From Tubiluchus corallicola (lineage: Eukaryota > Animalia > Priapulida), in the NCBI GenBank assembly GCA_030141605.1, contig JAQGDQ010002428.1:1-44539 (forward strand): DNA of 44,539 bases, in the 5' to 3' direction. A program made the position numbers and the translations under genes. The notes under the pieces were generated by a model. It saw nothing but the letters and a program-made list of their open reading frames with translations, did no database searches and was not told where the DNA came from. Below are positions 39,014-44,539 of this stretch, one piece after another (the stretch's first letter is position 1; each line of letters opens with the position of its first letter).

Positions 39014-40727
39014 TTATTGAGGCAAAGCTCTTAAATATGGATATCCATCGTTTGCATTACTTTCAATATCCCAAATGGTAGCCATATCCCATTTTGCATC
39101 TGTCTCATATGTTCTTGAATCTAGCATTGTAGGAGTGGTGTATCCTACTCCTTTTTTACTAGGCTCATCAGATACTGCTTGGTTAGACAATGTTACATCA
39201 TAAAAGCTCCCTACTACACTTGTTCCCGCTCCTTGATAAACACCAACCATTCCGCCTATCAAACTAGACTCCCCTTCTTTTAAGCTAATATATCCAGTAG
39301 AATATGATTTTTCTATTTTAGAATTTCCTTGCATCTCTCCCACTATTCCTCCTAAGCTTGTAACTGCCACCACTCTACCTCTCGCATAAGAATTATACAC
39401 CTCCCCACCATCCATTCTTCCAGCCAATCCTCCTGCAAAGTTTTGATCCGCATTGACAGCTACATCCGAAAATGATTGTGCTACTTGTCCATTATTTGCT
39501 CCCGCTAACCCTCCTACTCTACTTTCTCCAACGATTAATCCACTTTTTGCAAAACATTTGCTAACTGCAGTGCCAGTCTAGACGTCCAGCTATACCTCCT
39601 ACATTCATTGTTCCTCTCACTTCAATATTTTGGACGTAACAGTTCTCCATTTGTCCTTCCACCAGTTTTCCCACATATCCTCCAACAAAATTTCTTCCTG
39701 TTATTTTAGCATCTCTTAGGTGAATTCCATATAAATTAGACATCTCTCCACTCGCTACTGTTTTGTTTGCTACCCCTATTAATCCTACATTGTCATTTCC
39801 TGGTTGATAAATATAAAGATTTTCGATAGTTTTAAACTGTCCATTAATTTTTCCCGTAAAAGGCGATGCTTCACTACCAATAGGAATAAAGCCTTCTTCT
39901 GGAAAGCCATCTTTGCCGGGAAACGGAAATGCAATATCATTTTCTATTGTATAACTTAATGTTAGATCTGTTGTATTGATAGCTTGCAAATCTTGCCATG
40001 TTCTTATTTTTGTTTGCTCTTTCACATACACTACCTCCGAAGTAACATTAATAATATCAACTTCTTGATGTTCTAGTGTTTCATCATCTTTTGACCTATT
40101 AAGCAGCCTAATATCCATTTTTACGGTGCTCGGAAGCCCATCTTCCATACCTTGCCACTGTTCAAAAGTAAATAGGCTACTCGCTATTGATTCGTTTACT
40201 GCCGTTAATGTTTCTTCTTTAAGCACTGCATCAGATTCATCCAAAAAGGATAAAGTATATTTAGAGGCATTTGCCAATCCCGTTACTTTAAATAAATCTT
40301 CTTTTGTAAAATCTCCAGGCCCTACTCTGTCTAAGCTAATATTTTTCGCATAGCTTTCAACAAAAAAGACAGGGTTTTTTTCTGTTACTTTCACTCTGTA
40401 AACTTTATCCTCTTCATTTTCAGCAACTACAAGAAAAGTCACTGCTCCTGTATAGTCTCTCTCTTCTTCGGGGTTTGGAGTTATCTTTCCTCCTCCCGTT
40501 TGAACCTCCGCCGCCAAACTTGTCAAATCTGTTCCGTACAACAGTTCTACATTTATACTAAAGGTTCCATCTTCTGCTTGTGTTATTGTCCCAGCTATTC
40601 CATTTATGGAAAATCCGTATATTGTATTGTGTTTTGAAGGGTCCTCGTCCTGACAAGAAACTATAAACAAGAAAGATAAGACAACAAAAAGTGATATAAC
40701 CTTTAAATACATTCTATTTTTATTCAT
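39014..40727 (-). pseudogene. Surface lipoprotein with Ig-like (DUF5018-like) domain and GLUG-type repeats, split by a frameshift near 39575
   Basis: Lipobox IVSC-QDED. The upstream frame ends ...VGGIAGRLDWHCS*; the adjacent frame continues GTAVSKCFAKSGLIVGESRVGGLAGANNG...AGGLAGRMDGG into ORF 39014-39427. Total 1714 nt = 3n+1. May be a sequencing error. Confidence 0.8.
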
Positions 40728-40837
40728 TTGTCGTTATATTATAATTGTTTTTAATATAGTTTTCTAATAACTAAACGTAAAAGTACCATTTAATATGCAA
40801 AAGAAATTGTTTTTTTTAACTTTTCATAAAAAAATTT

Positions 40838-40845
40838 TATCTTTG
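40838..40845 (+). promoter_or_regulatory. Putative -7 promoter element of the phosphatase gene
   Basis: TATCTTTG about 40 nt before the ATG at 40887. Confidence 0.5.
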
Positions 40846-40886
40846 ATGCATAAATAAGTTTTTTTTTCTTCTAGAAAAATTGCAAA

Positions 40887-42286
40887 ATGAAACGCATAAA
40901 TCTATTATTAGCCGCATTACTAATTATTTCCTTGTCTTCAATTCAGCTGTCAATTGCTCAGAAAAAATCTGATGATGCAACAGCTCTTTGGATAAATCAA
41001 ACATTTTATAAAAACCCCGCATATAGTAGAGCCGTAACATGGAGAACTTCAGTAGCGGTAAGTTCTCCTCAAATACAAATTGTTAAACTAGCATATTCTC
41101 AAATAGAGCAAGAAAAGGCAAAAACAATATTAGCAGAATCTTCTATTTTAGAAGAAAAAGGAGAAACTTTTTATTTTCACAAGTGTCATATTGAAGGTTT
41201 AGACCCCAATAGCTATTACGGCTATCGTATAGGAAATGGAGCAAGTTGGTCTCAATGGTATCAAATTTTTACTCCCCCAGATAATAGCAATTATAACTTT
41301 TCTTTCATTTATCTTGGAGATGCACAAACAGGATTAACTACAGGTTTTTCCCGCGTAATACAACAATCTGTTTTAACTTCTCCTAACTCTCATTTCACGC
41401 TATTTGCAGGCGACTTAATTAACAAGCCCTCAAAAGAAGAGTGGAATCAGTTTTTTACAGCAGGAAGTTGGATTCTGGCGTCTGCCCCTATTGTGCCTGT
41501 ACCTGGTAATCATGAATATGCAAAAGATGAAAAAACAAAAGAGCGGTATTTAACTCCTTTTTGGAAAAATATGTTTACATTACCCAATAATGTCCCTGAT
41601 GAACTTAAAGACTTGGGCATTTATTCTATAGATTATGGAAATGCTAAAATCATTTCGCTTAATACCTCAGAGTTTCATGATAAAAAAGGTGCCAAAAAGC
41701 AATTGGCTTGGCTTGAAGATATATTAAAAAACAATGACAAAAAATGGATAATAGTTTCACATCACCACCCTATGTTTTCTACCTCAGGAAGTAGAGATAA
41801 TAAAAAATTAAGAGAAGCCCTTATGCCTATATATAATAAATATAATGTAGACTTAGTATTGCAGGGGCACTGACCATGCTTATTAGGAGTAAAATAGACT
41901 ATCTTCCTGGATATGAGAATAAGCAAAAAAGACCTTTTCAAGGTGCTGTGTATATTGTTTCTGTATCAGGTGCTAAAATGTACCCCCATAATCTTCGGGG
42001 CGATTGGCACGAAAGAATAGCATCTAACGTGCAGCTGTTTCAAATAATAGAGGTAAATGAAGATAAAATAAACTTTAAAACGCATTTGGCTTCGGGAGAA
42101 GTTTATGATAGGTTTGTTATATTTAAACCCTCAGAAGATACAAAGAAATATTTTACAGACTTAAAGCCTGACAGCAAAGAAATCATAGATTTACCCAATA
42201 GATATAAAAACACAAATAGATGGAGTGATGAGCAAAGAGAAGAGTATAAAAAGAGCATAGAAGAGTATCTCCTTCAAAAAAAATAA
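40887..42286 (+). pseudogene. Secreted purple-acid-phosphatase-like metallophosphoesterase, frameshifted at 41871-41884
   Basis: Signal peptide, FN3-like N-domain, GDAQ, GDLIN, GNHE, HHP. DNA reads GGG CAC t GAC CAT GCT TAT t AGG = GH|DHAY|R, so ORFs 40887-41873 and 41876-42286 are one gene. Confidence 0.85.
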
Positions 42287-42287
42287 G

Positions 42288-42362
42288 GGTGAAAGACGGG
42301 ACTTGAACCCGCGACCTCTGGTGCCACAAACCAGCGCTCTAACCAACTGAGCTACAATCACC
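42288..42362 (-). tRNA. tRNA-His (GTG), with encoded G-1 and C73; CCA not encoded
   Basis: GGTGATTGTAGCTCAGTTGGTTAGAGCGCTGGTTTGTGGCACCAGAGGTCGCGGGTTCAAGTCCCGTCTTTCACC; anticodon arm CTGGT-TTGTGGC-ACCAG. Confidence 0.96.
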
Positions 42363-42386
42363 ATGAATTTATTCAATTAAACGCTA

Positions 42387-42425
42387 CAAAGGTATATGTT
42401 TTTTTAAATTAAAGCAATATCTTTG
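42387..42425. promoter_or_regulatory. Divergent -7 elements for tRNA-His (minus) and uvrA (plus)
   Basis: TACCTTTG on the minus strand at 42387-42394; TATCTTTG on the plus strand at 42418-42425. Confidence 0.6.
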
Positions 42426-42466
42426 TGCTTGTTTTTTCTTGAAAATCATCTAATAAATAATATTCC

Positions 42467-44539
42467 GTGGAGTCATTAGAAAATTTAAGCCCTAGAAATT
42501 ATATTATAATAAAAGGAGCAAAGGTTAATAACCTGAAAAACATATCCTTAGCTATTCCTCGCAATAAATTTATAGTAATAACAGGCTTATCAGGATCTGG
42601 CAAGTCATCTCTTGCCTTTGACACACTTTTTGCCGAAGGACAACGAATGTATGTAGAGAGTCTAAGTGCCTACATAAGGCAGTTTTTAGGTAAAATGGAA
42701 AAGCCAAATGAGAGTACATACAAGGACTGTCACCCGCTATTGCAATAGAGCAGAAAGCTGCATCTAAAAACCCTCGCTCCACTGTCGGGACTACCACTGA
42801 AATTTATGACTATCTAAAGCTGTTATTTGCTAAAATAGGAGAAACTTTCTCGCCTATCAGTGGCAAAAAAGTAACTAAAGATACAGTAGATAGTGTGGTA
42901 GAGTTTTTAAATACATCAAAAAAAGGCTCTACTATTATGATAATGTCTCTGTTAGAAATAGCCGAAGACAGAACCATAGAGAGAGAATTGAGCCTATTAT
43001 TGAACAAAGGGTATAGCAGAATAATAGTAGATAATAAGGTCAAATTTATTGATGAAGCTCTAGAAGAAAACATAAGCAATGACTCTACTATATACATTTT
43101 GATTGATAGAATAAAGTTTGAAGAAAAAAATGAAGATGTTCAATTTAGGCTATTTGATTCTGTACAAACAGCTTTCTTTGAAGGAAATGGTTGCTGCCAA
43201 ATAAATATAGACGAGAAATCTCATCAGTTTTCTAATAAATATGAAGATAATGGAATGTCTTTTGAAGAGCCCTCTGTTAACCTATTTACATTCAACAATC
43301 CATTTGGAGCGTGTAAAAAATGTGACGGTTTGGGAGTAATTTGGGGAATTAATAAAGATTTGGTTATTTCTGATTTAACTTCTTCTGTGTATTCAGGGGC
43401 TATTGTCCCTTGGCGAAGTCCCATAATGTCTTCACGATGGTTAGAACCTTTATTATCAAATGCAAAAAAGTTTGGCTTTCCAATCCATAAGCCCATTAAA
43501 GAACTTTCCCAAGAAGAGTATAACTTGTTATGGGATGGTAATGAATATTTTAAAGGGTTAAATAGCTTTTTTGAAACACTAAATAATCCTGAAAAAATAC
43601 AGTATCGCGTAATGTTATCTCGCTACAAAGGGAAAGTGGAGTGTCATGAATGTAGAGGGACAAGAATTAGAAAAGATGCTTTCTATGTGAAAATAGCAGG
43701 GAAATCAATAGATGAAATTTTGTTGACACCTATATCAAAAGTACACGAGTTTTTTAAGGGATTAAAGCTTACAGAGCATCAAAAAAAACTTGCAGAAAGA
43801 ATTTTAAAAGAGATTTTTAATAGGTTAATGTATATTGAAAAAGTAGGATTGAGCTACTTAACATTAAATCGAACGACCGAAAGCCTATCTGGTGGAGAGC
43901 ATCAACGAATAAAGTTAGCTACTTCCTTGGCAAGTACTCTAACAGGGTCAATGTATATTTTAGATGAACCAAGCATAGGGCTACATCCAAGAGACACAAA
44001 AAATTTAATTGGCGTACTTACCCAACTGCGAAACCTGGGAAACACCGTGATTGTTGTAGAGCATGAAGAGGAGGTTATGCGAGCAGCTGACCATATCATA
44101 GATATAGGACCTGATGCAGGAGAGTTTGGAGGAGAAATAGTATTTGAGGGTAACATATCTGAAATGATTCAAGCCAACTCTTATACAAGCAAATATCTAA
44201 CTCATAGAGAAAAAATTCCTATTCCTTTACAAAAAAGAAAATGGACAAAGTCTATAACACTAACAAATGCCAACACTAACAATTTAAAAAACCTAACTGT
44301 TAACATTCCTCTTGGGTGCTTAGTGAGCATTGTAGGGGTTAGCGGTTCGGGAAAGTCTACTTTGGTGAAAAAAGAGCTATATCCAAATCTAAAAAATAAA
44401 ACAAAAATAAGTGGTGACATAAATAAAATTTCAAGTGTCGAGTACATTGACCAAAACCCCATTGGAAAGTCTTCTCGCTCTAATCCTGCCACATATATCA
44501 AAGTATACGATATTATTCGTCAACTATTTGCAAATGTAC
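42467..44539 (+). CDS. uvrA: Excinuclease ABC subunit A, 3'-truncated by the window, with a 1-nt deletion frameshift at ~42710
   Basis: [14 protein letters not shown] in the first frame. From 42712 another frame continues [15 protein letters not shown]...NPRSTVGT...LSGGEHQRI...LDEPSIGLH...GVSGSGKST...[12 protein letters not shown] to the window end. Confidence 0.93.

Noticed and set aside
41871-41873. TGA after GH as selenocysteine or stop-codon reassignment
   Set aside because: The conserved continuation is in other frames, and TGA is used as a normal stop at 33605.
42191-42376. 61-aa ORF
   Set aside because: It is a translation of the tRNA-His gene.

Overview
AT-rich, mostly housekeeping chromosomal segment of a Bacteroidota bacterium, probably Cytophagales. 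This is inferred from recurrent TAnnTTTG -7 promoter elements, no obvious Shine-Dalgarno sites, the bamD-rpoZ-coaBC-DUF4835-recN operon, the fused secDF and the acpP-fabF pair. Recognisable genes include secDF, sucC, an AddB-like nuclease, acpP, fabF, thiC/thiE-like/thiD, dnaB, aroQ, xerD, a MoeB/ThiF-rhodanese protein, proS, an E2 acyltransferase, lysS, ychF, NifU/Mrp, ispE, uvrA and tRNA-His. I found no CRISPR array, IS element, prophage or multi-gene defence system, and cannot support a wholly new multi-gene system. The signals worth follow-up lie outside the ORF track: (1) an apparently decayed RNase III (rnc) remnant after fabF, followed by a riboswitch-less partial thiamine operon; (2) a ~200-nt 6S-like RNA with alternative hairpins; (3) a regularly phased array of DnaA-box-like 9-mers upstream of dnaB; (4) a DnaB tail ending in an SSB-like DSVPF; (5) divergent aroQ/xerD sharing a CATG start; (6) a duplication in which the same DNA encodes the SecDF C-terminus and the start of an FkbM methyltransferase; (7) frameshifts in three consecutive protein genes at the right end, either pseudogenes or local sequence error. 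All family calls come from motif recognition by eye; no database search was run.
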